DNA of 22,213 nt from Gemmatimonadota bacterium (GCA_038128265.1 JAYPJE010000051.1:4800-27012), one strand, 5' to 3'. Counted from the stretch's first letter, positions 7,893 through 15,178 are shown. The notes: generated from the letters alone by a model not told the origin. Program-made: numbers and translations.

Positions 7893-9023
7893 ATGAGTCG
7901 ACGCTCTGCGCGGCCGGGTCTGGTAAAAAAACCGCGCTCGGCCGTCTGGCATCTGCTGCTTTCAGCGTTTGTGCTAATTGCAGCCGCGGCGACGGTGCTC
8001 CACCTTCAGTGGCGCAACCGCCCGCTGACGGAGCCGGATATTGCACCCGTTGAACAGACCGAGTATGCGCCTGTTCCCGCCGGCGATGCGCGCCAGTTTG
8101 CTGACGCGCTCTACCGAGACATCGACCGCGTCCTCGAAGAGCGCGGCCTGTGGCCATCCCTAATCCGCAAGCGCCGCGGCGACATCGACCGCATAGACGT
8201 TGCCGTGCCCGCCGACCTACCGCTGGCCGAAATCAACCTGGCCATCACACGGGCTGCCCGGATGCACGGCGGCCACGTGCTGCGCGCCGTCGAAACCCAG
8301 CGCGATGCGCGCGTGGAGATGGCATGCGGCTTTGATTCGCTGCACACCACATCGATCGTCCTCACACCCAGCACTCAACGACGCCGCACCGGCTCCATTG
8401 CCCTCGTCATCGATGACGTGTCGGGTGATAGCCGTTTCTACCAGCGCTTCTGTGCCCTTCCCCAGCATCTCACGCTGGCTCTCTTGCCCAATGCCGGACC
8501 CATCGAGATCGTCGCAAAGCACGCGGTGGCAAACGGCCATGACCTGCTCGTCGGCCTGCCTGCAGCCTTGGACGACGACGCGGCGCGCGACCTCGATGAC
8601 GAAGCCGTGCGCCGGGCACTTAGAAGCGCGCTGAAACGAGTGCCGGCGGCCATTGGCTTTAGCCGCTACGCAGACTTGAGATCCGATGGCGATGAGCGCA
8701 TATTGCGCGCGCTTCTGAGCGAAGCCAAAGCCCGCAACCTGCTCTTTTTGGACGGCCGTGCGGTGCCCCTTGCACCCATTGGCGACCCGAGCCAGACAAC
8801 AGGCGTGCGCACGCTTCAGCGCGATGCGCTCATCGATGAGATTGATGCGCGCGACGCCATCGAGGCCAAGCTATGGAGCCTAGCCGAAACAGCCGGGCGC
8901 ACGGGCAGTGCCATCGGCATTGGCCGCGACCGACAAAATACGCTGCTGGCACTAGAGCACGTGCTGCCGCGCCTCGAAAACCGCGGCTTTCGCTTCGCCT
9001 CGTTAGAACAGCTCGCGCCATGA
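7893..9023 (+). CDS. Membrane-anchored divergent polysaccharide deacetylase family protein (YibQ-like) with degenerate metal-binding motifs
   Basis: N-terminal TM helix; IALVIDD, LTLALLP, LLFLDGR, RDALID, AIGIG and LENRGFRF are colinear with the family. Confidence 0.75.
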   Translation: MSRRSARPGLVKKPRSAVWHLLLSAFVLIAAAATVLHLQWRNRPLTEPDIAPVEQTEYAPVPAGDARQFADALYRDIDRVLEERGLWPSLIRKRRGDIDRIDVAVPADLPLAEINLAITRAARMHGGHVLRAVETQRDARVEMACGFDSLHTTSIVLTPSTQRRRTGSIALVIDDVSGDSRFYQRFCALPQHLTLALLPNAGPIEIVAKHAVANGHDLLVGLPAALDDDAARDLDDEAVRRALRSALKRVPAAIGFSRYADLRSDGDERILRALLSEAKARNLLFLDGRAVPLAPIGDPSQTTGVRTLQRDALIDEIDARDAIEAKLWSLAETAGRTGSAIGIGRDRQNTLLALEHVLPRLENRGFRFASLEQLAP

Positions 9024-10162
9024 CAGATTCATTCGCCTTCGAACTCATCGCCCGCGACGAGCAGACCGGTGCACGAGCCGGACTGCTTCACACGCCGCAC
9101 GGCAGCATCGAAACACCGGTCTTTATGCCCGTGGGCACGCAGGCCACCGTCAAGACCCTCGACCAGGGCGACCTATTGGAAGCCGGTGCGCAAATTATTC
9201 TAGGCAACGCCTACCATCTCTACCTGCGGCCGGGACACGAGCTAATCGACCGAGCCGGCGGCCTGCACGCCTTTATGAACTGGCAGCGCCCCATCCTCAC
9301 CGACAGCGGTGGCTTTCAGGTATTTAGCCTCGGCGATCTCAATAAAATCAGCGAAGAAGGCGTGCGTTTTCAGTCGCACCTCGACGGCTCTTACCACTTG
9401 TTCACGCCGGAAAAGGTCATGGAGATTGAACACGGCCTGGGCGCCGACGTCATCATGGCCTTTGACGAGTGCACGCCCTACCCGTGCGAACGCGACTACG
9501 CCCAGCGCTCCATGGAGATGACGCTGCGCTGGGCCGAGCGCTGCCGCGTGCGCCACCGCCAGCTCAGCGACGAGCGCAGTCACCGCGCACCGCAGGCCCT
9601 CTTCGGTATTGTGCAGGGCAGCGTCTACCCGGACCTGCGACAGCGCTGCGCCGAGAAATTGGTCGATATGGACCTACCGGGCTACGCTATCGGCGGTCTG
9701 GCCGTTGGCGAAAAGCGCGAGCAGATGATTGACGTCATTGCCGCAACCGAACCACACCTACCAGCTGACAAACCGCGCTACCTGATGGGCGTGGGGCTAC
9801 CGCACGACCTGGTAGAAGCCGTCGGGCTCGGCGTAGATATGTTTGACTGCGTCGTGCCCACGCGCAATGCGCGCAATGGCACCGCCTTTACCCGCAGTGG
9901 ACGTCTGCGCCTCAAAAACGCGCAGCACGCCGAAGACAGCGCCCCGATCGAAGAAGGATGCGCCTGCAAGACCTGCACCCACTACAGTCGGGCCTATCTG
10001 CGCCATCTTTTCCAAACGGGAGAGTTTCTCGGCTTGCACCTGGCTACCTTTCACAACATTTTCTTTTTCCAACAGTTTATGCGCGAAGCGCGCCAGGCGA
10101 TTATCGCCGGCCATTTCGCGCAGTGGCAGCGCGATTTCCTCGCCCAGTACCGCGACCAATAA
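9020..10162 (+). CDS. tgt: tRNA-guanine(34) transglycosylase
   Basis: ETPVFMPVGT, NAYHL, TDSGGFQVFSL, MAFDEC, FGIVQG, GGLAVGE, RYLMGVG, DMFDCVVPTRNARNG, Zn site CACKTC...H. Start at ATG 9020 (ATGA overlap). Confidence 0.98.
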   Translation: MTDSFAFELIARDEQTGARAGLLHTPHGSIETPVFMPVGTQATVKTLDQGDLLEAGAQIILGNAYHLYLRPGHELIDRAGGLHAFMNWQRPILTDSGGFQVFSLGDLNKISEEGVRFQSHLDGSYHLFTPEKVMEIEHGLGADVIMAFDECTPYPCERDYAQRSMEMTLRWAERCRVRHRQLSDERSHRAPQALFGIVQGSVYPDLRQRCAEKLVDMDLPGYAIGGLAVGEKREQMIDVIAATEPHLPADKPRYLMGVGLPHDLVEAVGLGVDMFDCVVPTRNARNGTAFTRSGRLRLKNAQHAEDSAPIEEGCACKTCTHYSRAYLRHLFQTGEFLGLHLATFHNIFFFQQFMREARQAIIAGHFAQWQRDFLAQYRDQ

Positions 10163-10163
10163 G

Positions 10164-10192
10164 TCGCTCGACCGGGGCGAACCTTTTTGTTT
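10164..10192 (+). terminator. Possible intrinsic terminator after tgt
   Basis: 6-bp stem TCGCTC/GGGCGA (one G-U pair), 5-nt loop, then ACC and TTTTTGTTT. Confidence 0.4.
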
Positions 10193-10294
10193 AATTAGCT
10201 AAGAGGCCCTTATCGACACCCCGCCCGACTTGGCGCAGATCAGAGTTTTTCGTTTATTAGCGCGCCAAATAGAATGCATGGGAGAGACACCGCT

Positions 10295-10711
10295 ATGAAG
10301 TGCCAGATTGGCCTATACAATGAAATCGACTTAGCCGTCGATCAGTTTGTCGCGCTAATTGACCTCGAGTGCGACTACTCTGCGCGCGACCTGCTCAACA
10401 TGCTCACGCCCTTCCTCAAAGAATTTCACTGCGAGCACGGCATGGATGACAGCCAGACGCTGGCGGCCTGGCTCCCGTGGCATCTCATTGAAGTCGGCCG
10501 CGACGAATTTGCCGATCTCAGCGCCATCGGCATCAGCCGCCAGATTGACGCACATATCAATTTCTTTATCAAGCTCTCGCCCGGCCTCGTCGAAGTCTTT
10601 CGCATCGACGAGCTATTGGAATGGCATCCACTGGCCCAAACGGAGATTACCTGCGAGTCGGTCGAGGTGCCGGCCTACGAGGTTGAGCCCGACGCCGCCG
10701 GCGATCGCTAA
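10295..10711 (+). CDS. Hypothetical acidic protein, about 138 aa
   Basis: ORF with GGAGAG SD before ATG 10295 (alternative start ATG 10274), protein-like composition, followed by a terminator. Confidence 0.7.
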   Translation: MKCQIGLYNEIDLAVDQFVALIDLECDYSARDLLNMLTPFLKEFHCEHGMDDSQTLAAWLPWHLIEVGRDEFADLSAIGISRQIDAHINFFIKLSPGLVEVFRIDELLEWHPLAQTEITCESVEVPAYEVEPDAAGDR

Positions 10712-10727
10712 CGCATAGCGCAACCGC

Positions 10728-10769
10728 ATACAAAGAGGCCCTCCTGCATTTGGGAGGGCCTCTTTGTAT
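10728..10769. terminator. Probable bidirectional terminator between convergent genes
   Basis: Perfect 17-bp inverted repeat ATACAAAGAGGCCCTCC / GGAGGGCCTCTTTGTAT with an 8-nt loop, T-rich 3' end on both strands. Confidence 0.85.
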
Positions 10770-10788
10770 TTCTCTGGGTCGCGCGCCG

Positions 10789-11355
10789 CTACAGCGCACT
10801 ATCGCACGGTTCGCATACCAAGGCAAAGCGCCGGCCGTCGCCGCCGCCCAGCTCGGTTGCGAAATCTTTTTTTACCGCGGCATTGGCCTTGCCGCAAAAA
10901 TCGCATTTACCGCGCTCGGGGTAGTTGGAGATCGCCGCGGCGGCAAATTCCACGTCCCCACGCTGTTTGCGCCCCTTGGCAAAAAGGCGCGCAAAGTTGA
11001 GCACCTGGCGATCGCCATCGCGCTGCAGCGTGCGATCGATAATGGCATCGAGCGCTGGGTCGTCGGGCTTGCCGCCATCTTCCAGCGTGTGCCACGCCGC
11101 GCGCCGCACTTTCACATCGTCGTCCTCGAGCATCCGATAGAGCGCTTCCCACACCTCGTCAATGCGACGCCGCACGTGGCAGGGACATAGATAGGAGGCC
11201 GCCGTGAGGCGATCGGCCGGGTCGCTGCTGCGCGATAGGTCCAGCAGTTCCTCTATTTCCTCGCGGCCCACGCGCTCCTCGCCCGGACGAAATGCGGCGC
11301 GCTGATGCTTGTTCAGCAGCTGGCTACCGCCCTTTCCCCTTCTGCGCTTACCCAT
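10789..11355 (-). CDS. HEAT-repeat protein with CPCH motif and C-terminal CxxC...CxxC zinc ribbon
   Basis: HEAT-like LYRMLEDDDVKVRRAAWHTL and SRSSDPADRLTAASYL; CDFC...CEPC; SD GAAAGGA and a sigma-70-type promoter upstream. Confidence 0.8.
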   Translation of the reverse strand: MGKRRRGKGGSQLLNKHQRAAFRPGEERVGREEIEELLDLSRSSDPADRLTAASYLCPCHVRRRIDEVWEALYRMLEDDDVKVRRAAWHTLEDGGKPDDPALDAIIDRTLQRDGDRQVLNFARLFAKGRKQRGDVEFAAAAISNYPERGKCDFCGKANAAVKKDFATELGGGDGRRFALVCEPCDSAL

Positions 11356-11383
11356 GCTCGTTCCTTTCGGTCAAACGCGAAAA

Positions 11384-11413
11384 AGGGTACGCGTGCGCTG
11401 GTTCACCTGTCAA
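11384..11413 (-). promoter_or_regulatory. Putative sigma-70 promoter for the HEAT-repeat gene
   Basis: On the - strand, TTGACA (11413-11408), an 18-nt spacer, then TACCCT (11389-11384). Confidence 0.6.
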
Positions 11414-11414
11414 G

Positions 11415-11453
11415 GCAGACGCGCGATGGATGCGACCAACTCGGCGCGTCTGC
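11415..11453. repeat. Inverted repeat (hairpin) in the divergent intergenic region
   Basis: GCAGACGCGC (11415-11424) / GCGCGTCTGC (11444-11453) are perfect 10-bp arms, with further imperfect pairing inside. Confidence 0.65.
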
Positions 11454-11502
11454 GCTGCTCATAACGTGCTGCATTGGCACGCAACAGGCCCACTGTAAAC
11501 AA

Positions 11503-11530
11503 GTGACGGCCAGCGCAAAATCGTTATATT
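11503..11530 (+). promoter_or_regulatory. Possible promoter for the yajC-fmt operon
   Basis: GTGACG-N16-TATATT in an AT-rich stretch upstream of SD GAAAGGA. Confidence 0.35.
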
Positions 11531-11575
11531 CTCTTATCCAAAACGCTATTTTTCGTACAACCGAAAGGACTCATT

Positions 11576-11911
11576 GTGTTCGATCTCATCTCTTCAGCCC
11601 ACGCTATGGGTGCGCCGCCGTCCGACGGCGCTAGTCCCAACCCCATTGCCTCTTTGCTGCCTTTCGCGCTGATGTTCGTCGTGCTCTACTTGCTCATCCT
11701 ACGTCCTCAGATGAAAAAGCAGAAAGATCAGCAGCGCATGATCGACGAGTTGGAAAAAGGCGACCAGATCGTCACCAGCGGCGGTATCCACGGCATTATC
11801 CAAAACATCAAAGATGACGTGCTGGTCGTTAAGATCGCCGACAACGTGAAAATCGAGCTATCGCGCGCCGCCGTCTCCCGCGTTAAGACCGAGGAAGACG
11901 AGAAGAAGTGA
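11576..11911 (+). CDS. yajC: Preprotein translocase subunit YajC
   Basis: Single TM LLPFALMFVVLYLLILRPQ.K, L.KGDQIVTSGGIHG, KIELSRAAV; GTG start with SD. Confidence 0.97.
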   Translation: MFDLISSAHAMGAPPSDGASPNPIASLLPFALMFVVLYLLILRPQMKKQKDQQRMIDELEKGDQIVTSGGIHGIIQNIKDDVLVVKIADNVKIELSRAAVSRVKTEEDEKK

Positions 11912-12834
11912 AGGTCGTCTTTATGGGCACGCCGCACTTTGCCGTGCCCACCTTGGAACGCCTGGCCACCAGCCGCCATGAAGTGCTAGCCGTCGTCACA
12001 AACCCCGACCGGCCCAAGGGACGCGGACGCAAACTCGCAGCTCCACCTGTAAAGGAGAAGGCGCTGGAACGAGGGCTGGCCATTTTACAGCCCGAATCGG
12101 CGCAGGATCCAGCACTCCACGCCGCGCTAGCCGATCTCGCGCCCGACCTCTTTGTCGTCGTAGCTTTTTCCATTCTACCAAAAGCGCTGCTCGCCGTGCC
12201 GCGCATCGGCTCGGTCAACCTGCACCCGTCTCTCCTCCCCGCCTACCGCGGGGCCGCTCCCATTGTCTGGGCCGTTGCCAACGGCGAAAGCGAGACGGGG
12301 ATTAGCACCTTCCTGCTCAACCCGCGCGTCGACGCGGGCGATCTGCTCATACAGCGGCGCGTTGCCATCGGCGCCGATGAGACGGCCGGCGAGTTGGAGG
12401 CACGCCTGTGTCCGCTCGGCGCCGATATGGTATTGGAAACGGTCGATGGCTTGGAAGCGGGCACCCTATCGCCCCTGCCGCAGGACAAGCGCGGCGTTAC
12501 GCGTGCCCCCAAACTCAACAAGGAAGACGGGCGCATCGACTGGAGCCTGCCTGCCCAACACATCCGCAATCGCATTCGCGGATTTAATCCTTTCCCTGGC
12601 GCCTTCACGACCCACGGCGGTCAGCAGCTCAAAATTCACCGCGCCCAGCAGGTCGACGGTGCGGGGCCGGCCGGCCAAGTCCTGCAGGCGGACAGGGGCA
12701 ATGGCTTGGTCGTGGCCTGTGGCCAGGATGCCCTATGCCTGGAGAGCGTCCAGCCAGCAGGCAAAGCACCCATGGCCAGCAGCGCATTCTTATTGGGCCA
12801 TTCCATTGCTCCGGGCACGCGCTTAGGCGACTGA
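11908..12834 (+). CDS. fmt: Methionyl-tRNA formyltransferase
   Basis: VVFMGTPHFA, VVTNPDRPKGRG, NLHPSLLPAYRGAAPI, DAGD, APKLNKEDGRIDW, IRGFNPFPGA; GTGA overlap with yajC. Confidence 0.98.
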   Translation: MKVVFMGTPHFAVPTLERLATSRHEVLAVVTNPDRPKGRGRKLAAPPVKEKALERGLAILQPESAQDPALHAALADLAPDLFVVVAFSILPKALLAVPRIGSVNLHPSLLPAYRGAAPIVWAVANGESETGISTFLLNPRVDAGDLLIQRRVAIGADETAGELEARLCPLGADMVLETVDGLEAGTLSPLPQDKRGVTRAPKLNKEDGRIDWSLPAQHIRNRIRGFNPFPGAFTTHGGQQLKIHRAQQVDGAGPAGQVLQADRGNGLVVACGQDALCLESVQPAGKAPMASSAFLLGHSIAPGTRLGD

Positions 12835-12849
12835 GCAGTATTGGCGATC

Positions 12850-13314
12850 ATGTCTACCCGCCTCGTATATCGGCTCCTCGGCCTCGCCCTTGTTCCCCTA
12901 TGCGCAGCGGCCCAGCCCATCGCCGTCGCGGACAGCGCCCTCGCGGCGCGAACCGACAGCCTGCGGCCGGGTGCGGCGCTGCTGCGATCGGCCCTGCTTC
13001 CCGGCTGGGGCCAGTTCTACAACGGCAAGCCCTACAAGGCGCTGCTCTTTGCCGGCACCAGCGCAGCGCTATTTTCCCTGGCCGCCGCCGAGCACGCCGC
13101 GCTCGGCAATGCGCGCAATGCGCAGGAACACGAGGACCGCATTGCACGACGCAATACGCGCATTCTATTTTTTGCGATCTCAGCAACGCTAGCCGGTATC
13201 GACGCCTATGTGGACGCACACCTCGACGATTTCGCCGACGCGTGGAACGTGCGTGCAGGCCCTGATGGAAGCTCCATCACACTGTCTATCGACCTGCCCA
13301 GCAAGGAGAGATGA
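12850..13314 (+). CDS. DUF5683-family exported/membrane protein
   Basis: Signal peptide; ALLRSALLPGWGQFYNGKPYKA; IDAYVDAHLDDF. Confidence 0.8.
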   Translation: MSTRLVYRLLGLALVPLCAAAQPIAVADSALAARTDSLRPGAALLRSALLPGWGQFYNGKPYKALLFAGTSAALFSLAAAEHAALGNARNAQEHEDRIARRNTRILFFAISATLAGIDAYVDAHLDDFADAWNVRAGPDGSSITLSIDLPSKER

Positions 13315-13315
13315 T

Positions 13316-14053
13316 ATGTTAACCAACGAGGAGATCGTTCGCTTTCGCGAAGAGGGGTACCTAGTTTTTGAACGCCTTATCGACGGTCCACGCCTGGCCC
13401 ACTACCTATCTGTGTTCGACGAGCTCGTAGAGCAGGGACGCCAGCTAAGCGCCTCCATCGCCCATTTTTCGCTCGAAATAGATAAAGACGAACAGCCTAT
13501 TGCCGGTATGCTGCACAAAGTGCAGGGCGTATGCGTTGCCGAACCGCGCATTCTCGAGCTGGCCAAGGAAGCGGCCATTCTCGACCGCGTTGAGGCGTTG
13601 CTCGGTCCCGATATCGACGTCTTTGGCACAAAGTTTTTTCCCAAATTAGCCGGCGGCGGCACCTCTACGCATTGGCACCAAGACAACTTCTACTTCGGCA
13701 CCGACTCGCCCGACGTCCTTTCGTGCGGCATCTATCTGCAGGACGCCGATGCGGAAAACGGCTGTCTACAGGTCGTGCCCGGCAGCCACCGCAGCGGGCA
13801 AATCGCCGAACACCAGCGCAATACGCGCACGCACGGTTCTTGGACACAGGTCGACCAACAGCGCGCCGTCATGCTGCCGGTGCCTGCCGGCACCGTCGTG
13901 CTCTTTTCTGCTAACCTGCTGCACGGCACGGCCGACAACGCGAGCGAGCGCACGCGCTACAGCACCGCCTGGCACTACGTACCCGGCGCGCTCCAACTGG
14001 CCCAATTTCCGCGCGGTGTCTACGAAGATCGCCACATAGTGCGCGGTCAATAG
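13316..14053 (+). CDS. Phytanoyl-CoA dioxygenase (PhyH) family Fe(II)/2-oxoglutarate dioxygenase
   Basis: LT.EEI.RF.EEGYL, WHQD (HxD), ENGCLQVVPGSH, LLHGT, R..R; SD AAGGAG before ATG 13316. Confidence 0.92.
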   Translation: MLTNEEIVRFREEGYLVFERLIDGPRLAHYLSVFDELVEQGRQLSASIAHFSLEIDKDEQPIAGMLHKVQGVCVAEPRILELAKEAAILDRVEALLGPDIDVFGTKFFPKLAGGGTSTHWHQDNFYFGTDSPDVLSCGIYLQDADAENGCLQVVPGSHRSGQIAEHQRNTRTHGSWTQVDQQRAVMLPVPAGTVVLFSANLLHGTADNASERTRYSTAWHYVPGALQLAQFPRGVYEDRHIVRGQ

Positions 14054-14062
14054 TGAGCGATC

Positions 14063-14091
14063 TTGCCCGATCGCGTCCTGCGTGCTATTGT
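14063..14091 (+). promoter_or_regulatory. Putative sigma-70 promoter for the response regulator
   Basis: TTGCCC-N17-TATTGT with an extended -10 TG at 14083-14084. Confidence 0.55.
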
Positions 14092-14165
14092 AATGTGGTA
14101 GCGGTTCGCGTCTCCTATCATCTGACCAACGCCGACGCACCGCGCAACACCTCTGGAGAACATCC

Positions 14166-14537
14166 ATGCCCCAGCACCGCATCCTTGTCGTAGAAGACGA
14201 AGGTATCACTGCTCTGCATTTACAAGATCTCCTAGAGCAGCGAGGATACGAAGATGTCTCGACGGCAGGCAGCGGCGAAGACGCGCTCGAGCTGGCACGG
14301 CAAAGTCCGCCTGACTTAGCCATGTTAGACATCAAGCTAGCCGGACAAATCGACGGACTTGAAACGGGTCGGCGCCTGCGCGCGAGCGATCCGGAACTGC
14401 GCATTATCTACATCACGTCGTACTCGCAGGCCGATATACGCGCTCAGGCCGCCGAGACCAATCCCGTCGGATATCTCATCAAACCCATCACCAAAGACCA
14501 GCTGTTCACCGCCCTCGACAGCGCATTTCCCGAGTAG
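14166..14537 (+). CDS. Stand-alone response regulator receiver (REC) protein
   Basis: ILVVEDE, PDLAMLDIKL (phospho-Asp), DGLE, YITS, GYLIKP; no output domain. Confidence 0.93.
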   Translation: MPQHRILVVEDEGITALHLQDLLEQRGYEDVSTAGSGEDALELARQSPPDLAMLDIKLAGQIDGLETGRRLRASDPELRIIYITSYSQADIRAQAAETNPVGYLIKPITKDQLFTALDSAFPE

Positions 14538-14668
14538 GTGCGCTCCCAGGTCTATCGGCCCGCAGCCCGGCGCTCCATTAGCAAAGCGACGCGAATGCTT
14601 TATTTTCTGCGTGCGCGATTGACCCTCCATTTGCATCGCAGCAAATACGCCCATGGGAGCAAACACAG

Positions 14669-15127
14669 ATGAAGAAGTGCATCGCCTTAGTCGCCCACGA
14701 CAATCGCAAAAAAGACCTGATTGGCTGGGTCCGTTTTAACTGGCACACCCTATCGAAGCACACACTTGTATGCACCGGCACAACGGGGCGACTGGTCGAA
14801 GAGGCCATTCGCGAAAAGAGCGATCGGGGACTCGACCTGCACAAGCTGAAATCGGGGCCCCTAGGCGGCGATCAGCAGTTGGGTGCCATGATCTGCGAGG
14901 GCAAGATTGATATTATGATCTTTCTCTGGGACCCGATCAGCGTACAGCCGCACGACGTCGACGTCAAAGCGCTGCTGCGCATTGGCGTGCTCTACAACGT
15001 GCCGACGGCGTGCAATCGCGCGACAGCAGACTTTATGATTTCTTCTCCGCTCCTAGAAGAAAACTACACGCCGCAGAGCAACGAAGAGCGCATTCAGAAC
15101 TATTTGCAGAGAGAATTGCCCGTATAG
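14669..15127 (+). CDS. mgsA: Methylglyoxal synthase
   Basis: IALVAHD..K, TGTTG, SGPLGGDQQ, WDP...PHDVDVKALLR, ACNRATADF. Confidence 0.97.
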   Translation: MKKCIALVAHDNRKKDLIGWVRFNWHTLSKHTLVCTGTTGRLVEEAIREKSDRGLDLHKLKSGPLGGDQQLGAMICEGKIDIMIFLWDPISVQPHDVDVKALLRIGVLYNVPTACNRATADFMISSPLLEENYTPQSNEERIQNYLQRELPV

Positions 15128-15178
15128 CTTGCGGGCAGCGCGTTCACAACGCTCTCTGCCCAAGAGGAGGAGACGAAT

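Noticed and set aside
8873..9019. N-terminal extension of tgt in the ORF track
   Set aside because: Overlaps the upstream gene; TGT homology starts at ATG 9020 with an ATGA overlap.
10230..10268. TTGGCGC/GCGCCAA inverted repeat upstream of the hypothetical gene
   Set aside because: 7-bp arms with a 25-nt spacer; insufficient evidence of function.
7086..11016. A few GCGATCGC (HIP1-like) octamers
   Set aside because: Too few copies in a GC-rich window to argue for over-representation.
11384..11420. Possible preQ1 riboswitch near tgt (GGTTC-containing stretch)
   Set aside because: No P1 stem or A-rich 3' tail, it is not upstream of tgt, and it is better explained as the - strand promoter.
11474..11489. 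Sigma-54-like TTGGCACG-CAAC-AGGC
   Set aside because: GG/GC spacing is correct but the -12 TTGC is AGGC, and a TATATT element lies closer to yajC.
11534..11542. DnaA-box-like TTATCCAAA
   Set aside because: Single imperfect copy with no origin context.
14542..14660. GCTCCCA/TGGGAGC long-range pairing that could mask the mgsA SD
   Set aside because: Only 7 bp about 110 nt apart with no recognisable aptamer; compatible with chance.
15133..15161. Hairpin between mgsA and the DUF305 gene as a terminator
   Set aside because: Bulged stem with no U-tract, directly followed by the SD; at most a stability element.
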